Positions 11,532-24,004 of a stretch of DNA of 64,000 nt are shown one piece after another (positions within the stretch are counted from its first letter, which is position 1; each line of letters begins with the position of its first letter). The DNA lies in the NCBI GenBank assembly GCA_051453625.1, contig JBOZIK010000001.1:14310464-14374463 (forward strand), in the 5' to 3' direction. The stretch is from Welwitschia mirabilis. Its lineage: Eukaryota. A program made the position numbers and the translations under genes. A model generated the notes under the pieces. It was not told the origin of the DNA and did no database searches. It worked only from the letters and a program-made list of their open reading frames with translations.

Positions 11532-14500
11532 AGGCATTTCACTAATAAGATTGGATTCACCCAATCTTAGGACATTCACAAGTCCATGAACTTCAATTAA
11601 AGGAAGATGCTTTATTTTTTGTACTTTTCTCAATNNNNNNNNNNNNNNNNNNNNNNNNNNNNNNNNNNNNNNNNNNNNNNNNNNNNNNNNNNNNNNNNNN
11701 NNNNNNNNNNNNNNNNNNNNNNNNNNNNNNNNNNNNNNNNNNNNNNNNNNNNNNNNNNNNNNNNNNNNNNNNNNNNNNNNNNNNNNNNNNNNNNNNNNNN
11801 NNNNNNNNNNNNNNNNNNNNNNNNNNNNNNNNNNNNNNNNNNNNNNNNNNNNNNNNNNNNNNNNNNNNNNNNNNNNNNNNNNNNNNNNNNNNNNNNNNNN
11901 NNNNNNNNNNNNNNNNNNNNNNNNNNNNNNNNNNNNNNNNNNNNNNNNNNNNNNNNNNNNNNNNNNNNNNNNNNNNNNNNNNNNNNNNNNNNNNNNNNNN
12001 NNNNNNNNNNNNNNNNNNNNNNNNNNNNNNNNNNNNNNNNNNNNNNNNNNNNNNNNNNNNNNNNNNNNNNNNNNNNNNNNNNNNNNNNNNNNNNNNNNNN
12101 NNNNNNNNNNNNNNNNNNNNNNNNNNNNNNNNNNNNNNNNNNNNNNNNNNNNNNNNNNNNNNNNNNNNNNNNNNNNNNNNNNNNNNNNNNNNNNNNNNNN
12201 NNNNNNNNNNNNNNNNNNNNNNNNNNNNNNNNNNNNNNNNNNNNNNNNNNNNNNNNNNNNNNNNNNNNNNNNNNNNNNNNNNNNNNNNNNNNNNNNNNNN
12301 NNNNNNNNNNNNNNNNNNNNNNNNNNNNNNNNNNNNNNNNNNNNNNNNNNNNNNNNNNNNNNNNNNNNNNNNNNNNNNNNNNNNNNTTATTTTAAAGTCA
12401 TTTTCGTATTTTCTTATCATATTTTTTTGTTTTAACTATTAATTAAAAAAAATTCTTTAGATTTGTGTTCTTTTTTTGATTTTTAGTGTTGTATCAGTTT
12501 TTCACATAGTTGTTCAGATGACACTGTGAAGATGACGGACTTATTTTTACTGTTAGTCATCTTAGGGCTGTCATCTAGACGATATGACTGGACAACAGTG
12601 CAATAAAAGTGCTACCTAATCTTTTTATCCTCATTTTTCTCTCATTTTATCATCATTTTCATTTATTCCTTTGAGAGATGATAATCCTTCTAGCTAGTAC
12701 CAATATTTTAGGACTTGTCCTACCTCATTTCGTTGCCAGATTTGCAAGATTTCTTCAAATTCACAAAAATGAGGTATGTTTCTCGCTCCTCCTGATTTTT
12801 CATTTTTTCCTCCTGTTTTTCAGCCTTTCGATAGATAGTTTTAATGTATATTATTTGGTTTGTTGTGCTCTTCATTTTGGAACTTACTGATCTGAATTTC
12901 ACTACGTATTTTTCAAGTTATGATCATTTTTAAGTATTACGAGGAATTCTCATGTTCTTACATTTCACACTCATTTTCTTGCAAATTGTAAGTCAAAATG
13001 TAGTGGTCCTTTAGGCAAAATTGATTAGTATGATGTGCTCTATGACTTTACAAAATCAGATTTTTCATTTGAATACTTCGATTTTTTCACTTTTGGTGGG
13101 GCCCACTACATATACTATTTGGATTTGTTCCATTTGTCTCCATTTCATTTCTCACAATTAGGCAATTTTGGATGCATTGCATATTTTAGAGGGGGAAAGA
13201 AATATTTTTAGTATTTTTATACTATTTGATCGATTTTAGGGGTCATTATTACGCATCCATGCGATGTTTTTTGACTTAATTATCTATTTTTGCATGATGA
13301 GTTTAGTGTTTGTGGTTGAGTAGGCCACGTACATGTAGATCTAGATAGGCAGAAGCTTTAGCTGAGTTTGTAGGATATTCCACAGGCCTTTTTCTTGAGC
13401 CTTAAATACAGCATGTGGAGCCCACACACTCGCTACCTCGACATGGATGATCCTTGAGCATACAAACATCTAGCATTCGTGTCGAGAGACATTTTGGAGA
13501 TTTTATAAGCCACATAGAGCTAGAGGTTGATCAAAGATTGATAGAATTATAGCTTAGATAGATCACAGATGTGCATGGTGCATTTTATGATTCTAAGACG
13601 AGAGAGTTCTATGACACCATGCATATAGAGAGGAGACCAGACACTCATGATCAGCTACAAGACATGATTTTTGTATACATTAGAGACCATAAGATAGTTA
13701 TCCTCCCATCTTATCTTGTAGTTATCATAGATCTCAAATGACTTGGNNNNNNNNNNNNNNNNNNNNNNNNNNNNNNNNNNNNNNNNNNNNNNNNNNNNNN
13801 NNNNNNNNNNNNNNNNNNNNNNNNNNNNNNNNNNNNNNNNNNNNNNNNNNNNNNNNNNNNNNNNNNNNNNNNNNNNNNNNNNNNNNNNNNNNNNNNNNNN
13901 NNNNNNNNNNNNNNNNNNNNNNNNNNNNNNNNNNNNNNNNNNNNNNNNNNNNNNNNNNNNNNNNNNNNNNNNNNNNNNNNNNNNNNNNNNNNNNNNNNNN
14001 NNNNNNNNNNNNNNNNNNNNNNNNNNNNNNNNNNNNNNNNNNNNNNNNNNNNNNNNNNNNNNNNNNNNNNNNNNNNNNNNNNNNNNNNNNNNNNNNNNNN
14101 NNNNNNNNNNNNNNNNNNNNNNNNNNNNNNNNNNNNNNNNNNNNNNNNNNNNNNNNNNNNNNNNNNNNNNNNNNNNNNNNNNNNNNNNNNNNNNNNNNNN
14201 NNNNNNNNNNNNNNNNNNNNNNNNNNNNNNNNNNNNNNNNNNNNNNNNNNNNNNNNNNNNNNNNNNNNNNNNNNNNNNNNNNNNNNNTACAGGCATTTGA
14301 GCAAAGAGTTGAGCAATAGATCATATCCTTCGAGTAGAGAGTTGAGTAGCAAATCTGATCTATTGAGAGGAGAGTACAATACATAGAGGATCAGATGGTG
14401 GACATACATCAGCACATTATCTCCATTTAGTAGAATGTGACTGTAGACCTTCCAAAGTTGGTACGTGTCTAGGGTGATGAGATAGCTAGGTCTATTATAG

Positions 14501-14725
14501 CATCTCTTGATATCCGTCTCCCTATAGATGCTGATCATCCTTCTTCTTCTTCTCCAGCTCCTGAGCCAGTTACTGAACTAGAGTTCATTATGCATAGATG
14601 AGGGAAGTGATTTTAGATTATATTTTGTATCTCCCCTTCTACACTTTTTTCTACTAAAAAAGCTCATTATTTTATAGACTTATCATTTCTTTTTAGCATG
14701 GTGTACTACTTCTATGTGATTTTTA
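11532..14725 (+). repeat. Copy 1 of a ~3.3-kb direct duplication (internal non-coding region plus env-like ORF)
   Basis: GGCATTTCA...AAGATTGGATTCAC...GAACTTCAATTAAAGGAAGATGC starts both copies and GGTGTACTACTTCTATGTGATTTTTA ends both. They are colinear but clearly diverged. Confidence 0.9.
13294..14600 (+). pseudogene. Degenerate Athila env-like ORF, copy 1 (partly in an N gap)
   Basis: IRVERHFGDFISHIELEVDQRLI...AFYDSKTREFYDTMHIERRPD, followed by a coiled-coil tail. Homologous to 16577-17950. Confidence 0.65.
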
Positions 14726-16576
14726 NNNNNNNNNNNNNNNNNNNNNNNNNNNNNNNNNNNNNNNNNNNNNNNNNNNNNNNNNNNNNNNNNNNNNNNNNNN
14801 NNNNNNNNNNNNNNNNNNNNNNNNNGGGCATTTCAATGGTAAGATTGGATTCACTAAATCTTAGAACATTCACATGTCCATGAACTTCAATTAAAGGAAG
14901 ATGCTTTATTTTTTATGCTTTTCTCAATGGTGAAAACGTCTTAGGTTGTTTAGAAGTGATCTTTTCTATCCTAATCTTTTAACTTTCACCTTTGTATTTT
15001 TGAATGTATGGTCATATCAAATGTGTGTTGTTTTTTTAAAAAAAAAAAAGTAATAAATACCATGGCATTTTATGTTTCTATCTTAAAAACATAATCACCA
15101 TGATGTCCTACTACAAGTACATTAGGAAAAATATTTTTTGAGAGGAGCATTTAGCAATGTAATATGATAGCTATAGGAACTCTACTAGGAGGTTAGTTGG
15201 TCATTCTTTGCAGGTTATTACTTCTTTGACAGTGGTTGCACTCCCCTCATTATAGGTAATAAATGTTGTAAGTAAAACTTTGAGGCTCTGGAATCAGTGG
15301 TGTTCCCGATGTTATCAAAGACATCACTTGTTTTCTAAACTCAGTCTTTCCATATGATCATTTTGTTTTTTGATATTTTGGTATTTGTTTTAAAGATGAC
15401 AGTAGGAGAGTTCATTTTTAAGCAATTCATTGATCTGATCATTCATTGTTTAAAGCATTTCTCTCTAACATTGCAAAAATCACTGCCTTATTGAATGGAA
15501 TTTTTATATGTTAAGTCATGCATTTTTTACATCAAGTAATGTTATGATTACTTTTCTTGGAAATTACTAGGATAAAATGTTAGAATAATAAACTATCTTT
15601 TATTTATATTATCTTATACCCATTCTTCTTATTTTCTTTTATGATTTTATTAGTCATTTCAAAGTCACTACTGTATTTTCTTATCATATTTTTTTGTTTT
15701 AGCTGTTAATTAAAAAAAATTCTTTAGATTTGTGTTTTTTTCCTAATTTTTGGTATTGTACCCATCATTCACAGAGTCGTCTAGACTATACTATGAAGAT
15801 GACAATCTTATTTTGACTATAAGTCATCTTAGGACTATCATCTAGATGATACGACCAGACGATAATGCGATAAAAGTATTGCCTAATCCTTTTCTCCTCA
15901 TTTTTCTCTCATTTTTTCATTGTTTTCCTTTATTGTTTTGAAAGACAACAATTCCTCTAGCTAGTACCAATATTTTAGGACTTGTCCTACTTGATTTTAT
16001 TACCAAATTTACAAGATTTCTTCTAATTTGCAAAAATGAGGTATGTTTCTCCCTCCTCCTAATTTTTCATTTTCCCCTTATTTTTCAACCTTTTGACACA
16101 TAGTTTTGACATATATTATTCAATTCATCATGCTCTTAAATTTTGAACCTACAAATTTGAATTTCATAGTGTATTTTTTAAGTTATGATCATTTTTGCAT
16201 ATTATAAGGAATTCTCATGTTCTTACCTTTTACACTCATTTTATTGTAAACTGTAAGTCAAAACATAGTAGTCCTTTAGGTCAAATTTATCAGTATGATG
16301 TTATCTATGACTTTACTTGATTAGATTTTTCACTTGAGTATTTTGATTTTTTACTTTTGGGGGAGCCCACTACATACACTGTACAGATTTGTTTCCTTTT
16401 TTTTCCCATTTCGTTTCTCAATTTTGGATGGATTGCATATTTTTGTGTGGGGATGGAGTGGAGGGGAGGGAGGGCAGGACATATTTTTAGTATTTTTTTA
16501 ATACTATTTTATCAACTTTAGGGGTGATTATTGCATATCCAGGTAATGTTTTTTGACTTGATTATTGGTTTTTTCA

Positions 16577-17950
16577 TGATGAGTTTAGTGTTTGAGGTTG
16601 AGTAGGCCATGTACGCATAGAACTAGACAAGCAGAATCTTTAGCTGATTCTATAAGGAAGTTAGTAAGCCTTTTGGTTAAGCTTGAGATATAGCATGCGG
16701 AGTCCACACACCCACCACCTTGACACGGATGATCCTTAAGCATATAGACAACTAGCATTCATGTTGAGAGGCATTTTGAACATTTTATAAGCTATATAGA
16801 GCCAGAGGTTGATTAGAGATTAACATAGTTATGGATTAGACGGATCACAGATGCACATGATGCATTTTATGATTTTGAGACGAGAGAGTTCTATGAGACC
16901 ATGCATATAGAGCGGCAACCAGATACTCGTGGTCAGCTATAGAACATGATTATTGCATACATTAGAGACCATAAGATAGCTATCCTTTCATCTCACATTA
17001 CAGTTATCACAGATCTTAGAGGACTTAGGAGTTTTCATATTCATTCATCTAGTGGGATAGAGAAGCGTCGAGCTTATGGTGCCATTTTAAACATTCCAGT
17101 TGACATGACCACTGATTGACGGTGGATAAATGTTATCTAACTGACCCCCACATACAGAGTTTTGCATAGAGAACTGATTCATAACATCAGTCCATCATAC
17201 CATGACAGTCACACTATAGTCATGCACTTATAGATTTTACCAACTTTTCATTAGAGGGAGCATATGAATTTATCGACCCTCATTTAGAGGAGACTCAGAT
17301 CTATGATTAAGGCATGACATATATAGACCCTTGGTTATCCATGACTTCTCTTAGCCTTGCTCAGATGATTTGGAATTATTGAGCCTATAGGTGAGTGACG
17401 TATCTCATATATTCAGACTTCTACTCACTATTTATAGGATATGGGCATACAGGTAACAAGAGAGGTAGAGAGACCTCAGGTACAAAGACCTATAGTTAAA
17501 TCTTCATTAGAGAAAATCCAGGCTCTTCTAGATGAGACTACTGAGATCCTCAAAGGATTCATTGATCAGAGGTTGTAAACCTTCAAGCAAAGAGTTGAGC
17601 AATAGATCATATCCTTTGAGTAAAGAGGCAAGCAACAAATCATATCCTTTGAGCAAAGAGTTAAGAAGTGAATCACATCCTTCGAGCAGAGATTTGAGTA
17701 ATAGATCTAATCTATTAAGAGGAGAGTACAACACACAGAAGATCGGATGGTAGACTTATGTTAGCATGTTATCTCCATTTAGTAGAATATGATTATAGAC
17801 CTTCTAGAGTTGGTATATGTCTAGGGTAATGAGATAGTCAGATCTATTATAGCATCTCTTGATGTCCGTCTCCCCATGGATGCTGATCATCCTCCTTTTT
17901 ATCCCCCTACTTCTAAGCCAGTTACTAAACTATAGTTCATCATGCATAAA
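16577..17950 (+). pseudogene. Degenerate Athila env-like ORF, copy 2
   Basis: IHVERHFEHFISYIEPEVD*RLT*LWIRRITDAHDAFYDFETREFYETMHIE...IAYIRDHKIAILSSHITVITDL. The EFY core resembles plant env-like/Transposase_32-like ORFs, and there is a C-terminal coiled coil. Confidence 0.7.
17578..17712 (+). repeat. 33-bp tandem repeat (~4 units) encoding an 11-residue SFEQRVEQQII unit
   Basis: Units resemble TCCTTTGAGCAAAGAGTTGAGCAATAGATCATA and are in frame with the env-like ORF. Confidence 0.8.
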
Positions 17951-18460
17951 CAAGGGAAGTGATTTTACATTATATTTTATATCTCATCTTCTACACTTTT
18001 TTGTACTAAAAACTTTCATTATTATATAGACTTATCATTTCTTTTTAGCATGGTGTACTACTTCTATGTGATTTTTACATGATTATCTTTTGATTTTTAT
18101 GATAAGAAATGAATTTTACTTAGGTAAAATGCTTATAATTGACTATTTATCATAGTGAGGGTTGTTTATTAATTATCTAAGAAATTAATTTCTATTGCAG
18201 GATTCAAGTTTTGAAGACCTTTTGAAAATCCTGTCGTTCCCTTTATTGTCCAGATGACATTCTAGACGATGAGTCTTTAATACTTCACAATTGTTTCTAT
18301 TTAATGTTTTTAATTTAGTCTATCTCTGAAATATTTTTTAAGTTTTTTTGAGATGATTTCTTCAAATATCCTAGTTATTTTTGTTGACTAATAAGTTGGC
18401 TCACAAATAAGATTTACTACTTAGTTTTGTCAGGGACTGATAAGGCTAAGTGAGGGGCTA

Positions 18461-19579
18461 TGTTGCATCACTAACTTACATGTATTTGATAGGATATTCT
18501 GAGTTGTTTTGCAAGTAAATTAATAGATAAATTCTTAGTTTTTATGATAATGGAGAACCAGGATGAAAAGGATGAAGATATGTAATTTCCTAAACAAATT
18601 ACAAGAATTCTTTGCAAATATGAATAAACAATATTTTGAATGATAATTTCCCACAAACAATAAGGGTACTGGACCAATTGAAGATTCATGAAAGACCATT
18701 GTCCACCTCATCATCTAGACATTAGTGCAAACAACTAGCCAATAGGATTATGACAAGTCTAATGGGCAGTAAGACTGGTAGAAAGTGAAGATTTAACTAT
18801 AAGTTGGCATCGTCTCTTCTATCATTCGGATGATTGAAGGATAATACTGATTATAGTGTTTGCACTGAATGTTCATCTAAATTTTCACCACTTATTCTGA
18901 TTTCTCTTTACATGATGATCAGGTTTTTTCCTATGCCTTTCTGTCAGTTTTATTTCAATGTTTTGAGTAAATAAATAGAGGTCTTTCCCTTGACTCCTGG
19001 GGATCTTCAATGCACCATAGATTCTCATGACAGGAGAGCAAAGGGCGAGAGATCCCTCTTTGTAAGTTACAGAAAGATGAGCACTTGGTACAGGGCTAAG
19101 TATCTTCTATTGAGACCAGGCTATTTTATAACCTAGATGATTATTACTTTTAATATAAAATCTTGGTTTTCTTTTTATGTTCATATTTGTTTACATTATA
19201 GATTTCTTATGTCCCTTATAGTCTAATGTTTTCTTAGATCTAGTGATAATTTCTAAGGTGATATAGAATATCAAAGGTAGTTCTTATTAGGGCTAAAGAA
19301 CAAAGTAGGGTTAGGATTCATTTGCATTACATGTTAGTCTAGAATGCATTTTTTACTTTACATGATAGTTTAATTTCCTTCTTTGTTATTCATTATTTCT
19401 AGTTACCAAAATTATTTGCAAAAGCAACCTAAGTTTTCTTATAGATAGACTTCGATGAGATACAACATTTGGGTCACTCCCATTATTTTAGCATGTTGTA
19501 TTATGCATAATATCTATTTTGATTACTAATGATAAAATTTATTTGAATGTTAAGGTGTGCATAAATACATACCACAACA
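18461..19579 (+). repeat. Athila-like 3' LTR (TGTTG...CAACA), preceded by PPT AAGTGAGGGG
   Basis: Terminal TGTTG/CAACA inverted repeat. The PPT and pre-PPT hairpin match the 37986-38019 junction of the nested element. Homologous to 1-271. Confidence 0.8.
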
Positions 19580-20039
19580 AATATCAAGTGAAGATATCTT
19601 TATTAGATGAAAATACATGTTCTAGTTTAGACTTGACTTGTTATAAAAACTACTCATTGATCTTAATCAACTTCTCTTAACCAATGGAATTGATTAAAAA
19701 GTCATATGTTATAACATCTTATTGCTTTGTCAAGGTGATTTTATCTTCTTTGAATTCATTGTTTCATATGCTTTAGTATTTTCACTTATTTACTCTTGAT
19801 TTGAGAAGAGATAAGATTTTCCTATGGATTTACTATAACAAAAATCTACAAAATTAAGATTAACATTTCTTTCAATGCACTAATGAACAAGAGTAATATG
19901 GATGATGTTTTTTAAGTTAAATAATTGAAAAAGGAACTTACAACAAGGATATAATAAAAGTAAATTGCTTAGAAAGATGACAAGCTGTTATGGCTCAAAA
20001 AGATAGATGCAAAAAGACGTGAATCATTCAAAATAGATT

Positions 20040-20233
20040 TTTTTCATTTTTTTATTTTTTATTTTCTTTCTCTCTTTTAATTTTTTTAAGAAAATATTTG
20101 AGATGTTTTAACATATTACACTTTGAAAATATTTATCGTTAGTGTGATAGATTAAGGATTCAACTATCGAGACTTTACTCAACTGCAAAAATGGATATTG
20201 CATGAGCTGCTTTAACCACTGAGGACTTTTGCC
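20040..20233 (-). mobile_element. Possible degenerate tRNA-derived SINE (Pol III A/B box head plus A-rich tail)
   Basis: Minus strand reads ...CCTCAGTGGTTAAAGCA...AAAGTCTCGATAGTTGAATCC..., followed by an A-rich run. There is no intact cloverleaf and I saw no TSD. Confidence 0.35.
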
Positions 20234-20499
20234 TTTGTGTTTTGACTAGATAAGCAAGCTAGCACTTTTTTTTACTTTCTTAATTTGATTTATTATGTAT
20301 ATATTTCTTTTTTATTTTTATTTTTCTTTTTTAATTTTCCTTTTCTTTTTTTTATTTTTATTTTTATTTTTTAAATATTTTGAAAGGTAGAATTATGAAC
20401 TAGGCATAAAATCACCTGGGAGGAATGAGATCCATCCTAGATCTAGGATTTGAGTTTTAGAAATGCATAAGATCTTTATCTTATAAGGATTTACCAAGT

Positions 20500-23000
20500 T
20501 GTATTTAAAATGGAGCTTTCATATTTGCCATAGTATGATTCTATTCTAATGAGAATGAAATTTTACATCACATGAATTTATCTTTTGATGGGGTTTTATT
20601 ATGGTTGCCTTTACATCTATTATTAGGGACATTCTAATAATAAATTCAAGCTATTGTATTATTGATTATGTGAAATTCAATATGCCTAATGTTTTGGGCT
20701 AGTTCAACTTACAAGGTTACCATTCATATGTTGAAAGCTTTAATCATCACATTCTTTTTTAAATTTAGTAGCTATCACAGGTTTAGTTTCTTAAGAAATC
20801 ATAATTTTATGTTTATCTTAGCTCTACAATTAACAAAAGTCCTACTCACTTTCATAGGTCTAATGTTCACTAATATGTAGAATAATTCTATAATGATTAC
20901 CCTTTTAAGAGTAGCAGAAATATTATGATATAAGAATTTGATTATTTTCTCATCCTCTTCTCTCTTTTGAACATTTACATTCTTCTAAATATCTTTCTTT
21001 TTGGGTGGTTGAATTGGATTAGATGATAAGTTTATAATCAATCACTTCTCACATATATTTTGAATGTAAGACTATGAGATCTAAAACTCTCAATTAATAA
21101 GTCATGATAATGGTATACTTCCTTCACTATAGAGGCAACTGATTATATTCACACATGTGATCAAGAGATAAGGTAAGTTAGGGAGTATTCCCTCAAAATC
21201 ATTACCTCTAAGTTTGCTTTGTTTTCTTGGATAATGTATTTTAATGATTTTTTAGATTAGTCCTAGATCACTAGGATTATAAATGATTCATTATTATTTT
21301 AAAATGTTACATTTTTTGGTGGTTGTGATGTATAAGGTTAAGGAAGGAATGGATTCTTATATATCTCTAGTTGTTCATTTGCAAAATATAAGATTGTATT
21401 AAATTTTTTGTCCTTTTTCTTTTTAATAAAATCTTGGATGATGTGTTTTAGATAGAAAAGGTTCTTAGTATGATGCCTAATAACCTTATGATATTTATAG
21501 TATTTTGATTTATTTATCCTTTTTTTATATGCATTAGGCTTCTTTTTTTAGTTAGAAACAATTAAATTTCCCCATTTTATTTAATAATGTTGATAGAATT
21601 TGAATCATGGTGATGCTTAATTTTATGAAATTTCTCCTAGACTACATGATTGAAGTTTGGTTTTAATACTTATTTTGGATTTGGTTTTAAGGTATGTATG
21701 TCCACTATTGCATTTGTTATGATGGTAGAAGTTGCGCTTATTATAGTGAATGGTAATGCATTTGTAATAATCTAGTTAAGGTGAATAGGCTAATAAGGTA
21801 AAAGAAACTTAAGATGCCATTGGTTCCATCATTAAATTGCACATTTCTTAGGATGAGTAAATATATTGTGTTGATTTATTAATGATAGAAACATTATTTG
21901 AATTGCATTTACTATTATTTTTCTCTCTCTTATATGGTTCTGTTTATGATGTTTTGGCATATTTTATGAATTCCTTTTCTTTTCCTATAACTTCAATTCT
22001 CTCATATAAGGTGATTGCATATTTAAAGTTCTCAAAAATTACATTCTTACATGCTTGGATATGTATGGGTTACATACCTTGATAAAAAGATATGTCATGT
22101 CAAATCTATAATTGAAGTTAGTAATTATAATGTAATGAATCTCTATTGGTATGTAGACCCATCTCATTAGACTACCATTCCATTGTGGTTAGAGTGTCTA
22201 AGATCATGCATTTTGAGATGTTAAATAAGTAATATTAAATAAGCATTTCTAAAAATTATTTAAACTTGTAATAGAATGATTGAATATTTGGTAATATCAC
22301 TCGAGGGCTTATCTCTTCAATGAGTGAAATAATAGGTGGCAAGCATTGTTATAATTAACATTATACATATGATAGATGTGGTTGTAGTTCCTATCATGCA
22401 TGATTAGGTCTTCTATGCTAGTGAATTTTTTAAAGTTAAACATTTCATTCACTTCAAGAATCTTATGAGAGATAAAGTGATGAATTAGGGTGTCATCAGA
22501 GTTAAAGTCTAAATAGTTCTTTTTGCTTTAAAGGCCTCATTTTAGATTGTGGATGGGCTCCCAAATAGTGGTTAGATCTAGTTGATTATGGGTTCTATTT
22601 TTGAATTGTCAATTTCTTGGTGGTGATGGGATTTTGATGGGGCTTTAGGATCGTCTTCATGAATCCACTCATTCATTCGTGTCTTCTTCGCCATTGCCCC
22701 TTTTAAGGAGAAGATTATTTTCATATGTTTTAGTTCTTTCTTAGCTTGTTATTCCTTACCTCTTTGATGCCATTATATAAATTTTCTTACTAGGGTGGGA
22801 AAGGTTTGGATCTCAATAGCTCTTATGATTTGTAATGGTATGAAGCTCATCCATGATAAGTTTAGATGGATCTTGTTGAATAAGGAGGTTATACACTTCC
22901 TTAGAAATGCCCTCCTTCATATCATGTGTTAACATTGGTATTATAGCTATTGTGGCCTAAGGTATGGTAGTGGAAGAGGTAAAGGTAAAGGCTAAATACA
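20500..23000 (-). pseudogene. Very old Ty1/Copia gag-pol remnant
   Basis: Barely recognisable motifs in Copia order on the minus strand: zinc knuckle (~22890-22940), integrase PQWNG (~22170), RT LKKS-like (~21540) and RNaseH RHIEFHII...KF (~20560-20700). Confidence 0.45.
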
Positions 23001-24004
23001 TGATTGAAAAATTCATAAGAGGGGTCCTCCTCCTAATGCTAGACTATTTGTGAAAATTTTTATAAACTAAGATTTAGGTGTAATTTTGTTATTAAATGAT
23101 GTTTTATCTTTTATGTGTTATCAACTCTATTTGATTTAACATCCACCTTCTAGTTTTAAAATTTTTATGAAATATTTTCTAACTTAGGATAAGTGATTTG
23201 ATTTTTATGTTAATGTTTCTTTTTTTCATTAATCATAGCTATGATGTAGTGTGATAAATGATAAGAGGCTAAGTACTTTTTAACTTAATAAGGCTTAGAC
23301 TCTTATAAACTTACAATAGACCATGATGCTTCACAATATTAAATTTATTTGTAAAAATGACTTCAATGCAATGTCTTTTCCTTTTTTTTTAAAATAAATT
23401 TTGAAGATATTTTTATTAGCTTTGTTTTCTTTTTTTTTAATTTTTTTAAATAACTAAAAAGTGATTAGAATAATGGTAACTCTTAAACTAATAAAAGTAA
23501 ATGCTTCAACAGATGAATCTCTTTAATGTATTATGACCTTGCTTAGTAAGTTTTGAACTAAAATCATTTGGAAAGGGACAAAACCTTTTTTTCTATCTTT
23601 CTTAGTTCTACACAACCTAAGGTGATGTTTATGAATTAATTCATTCCTTTGAAAAAAAGGTGAGATTTAATTCATAATGTAGATTAACAATGATAATACT
23701 CAAATTATTCCCTATTTATCATATAGGAGGATGTAGTGCTAAATAAACAATACAATAAAAAATAATACTTTCTCAAATGATAATGTCTTGATACATGAGA
23801 GACACTAATTCATGCATGTAAGCCTAATCAAAAGAAATGGATGACTATATATGTACATTAATGATTATGATGTTAGCACTTAGTTATCAACAATCATATA
23901 AAAGCACAGATATAAAATGAAAATAATAATAATAATAATAAAAGAAAAGAATAAATTTTATACATAAATACTATATAATTTAAGATTTAAAATAATAAGT
24001 CTAA

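Larger units (their letters stand above)
14826..18076 (+). repeat. Copy 2 of the ~3.3-kb direct duplication
   Basis: Colinear with 11532-14725 and separated from it by a ~100-N gap. Confidence 0.9.
7556..19579 (+). mobile_element. Non-autonomous Athila-like Ty3/Gypsy element (or two fused copies): LTR, gag, protease, duplicated env-like module, PPT, LTR, with no RT/RNaseH/integrase
   Basis: Partial 5' LTR, Retrotrans_gag-type motifs, aspartic protease ORF, then non-coding DNA and env-like ORFs, PPT and a TG...CA 3' LTR. Confidence 0.7.

Noticed and set aside
17528..17753. Leucine-rich-repeat-like or Ser/Lys-repeat ORFs in the ORF track
   Set aside because: These are alternative frames of the 33-bp repeat. 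The frame continuous with the env-like ORF is the one interrupted by C>T stops.
23921..23941. (AAT)n microsatellite, and the T-rich tract at 20265-20380
   Set aside because: Ordinary low-complexity DNA.
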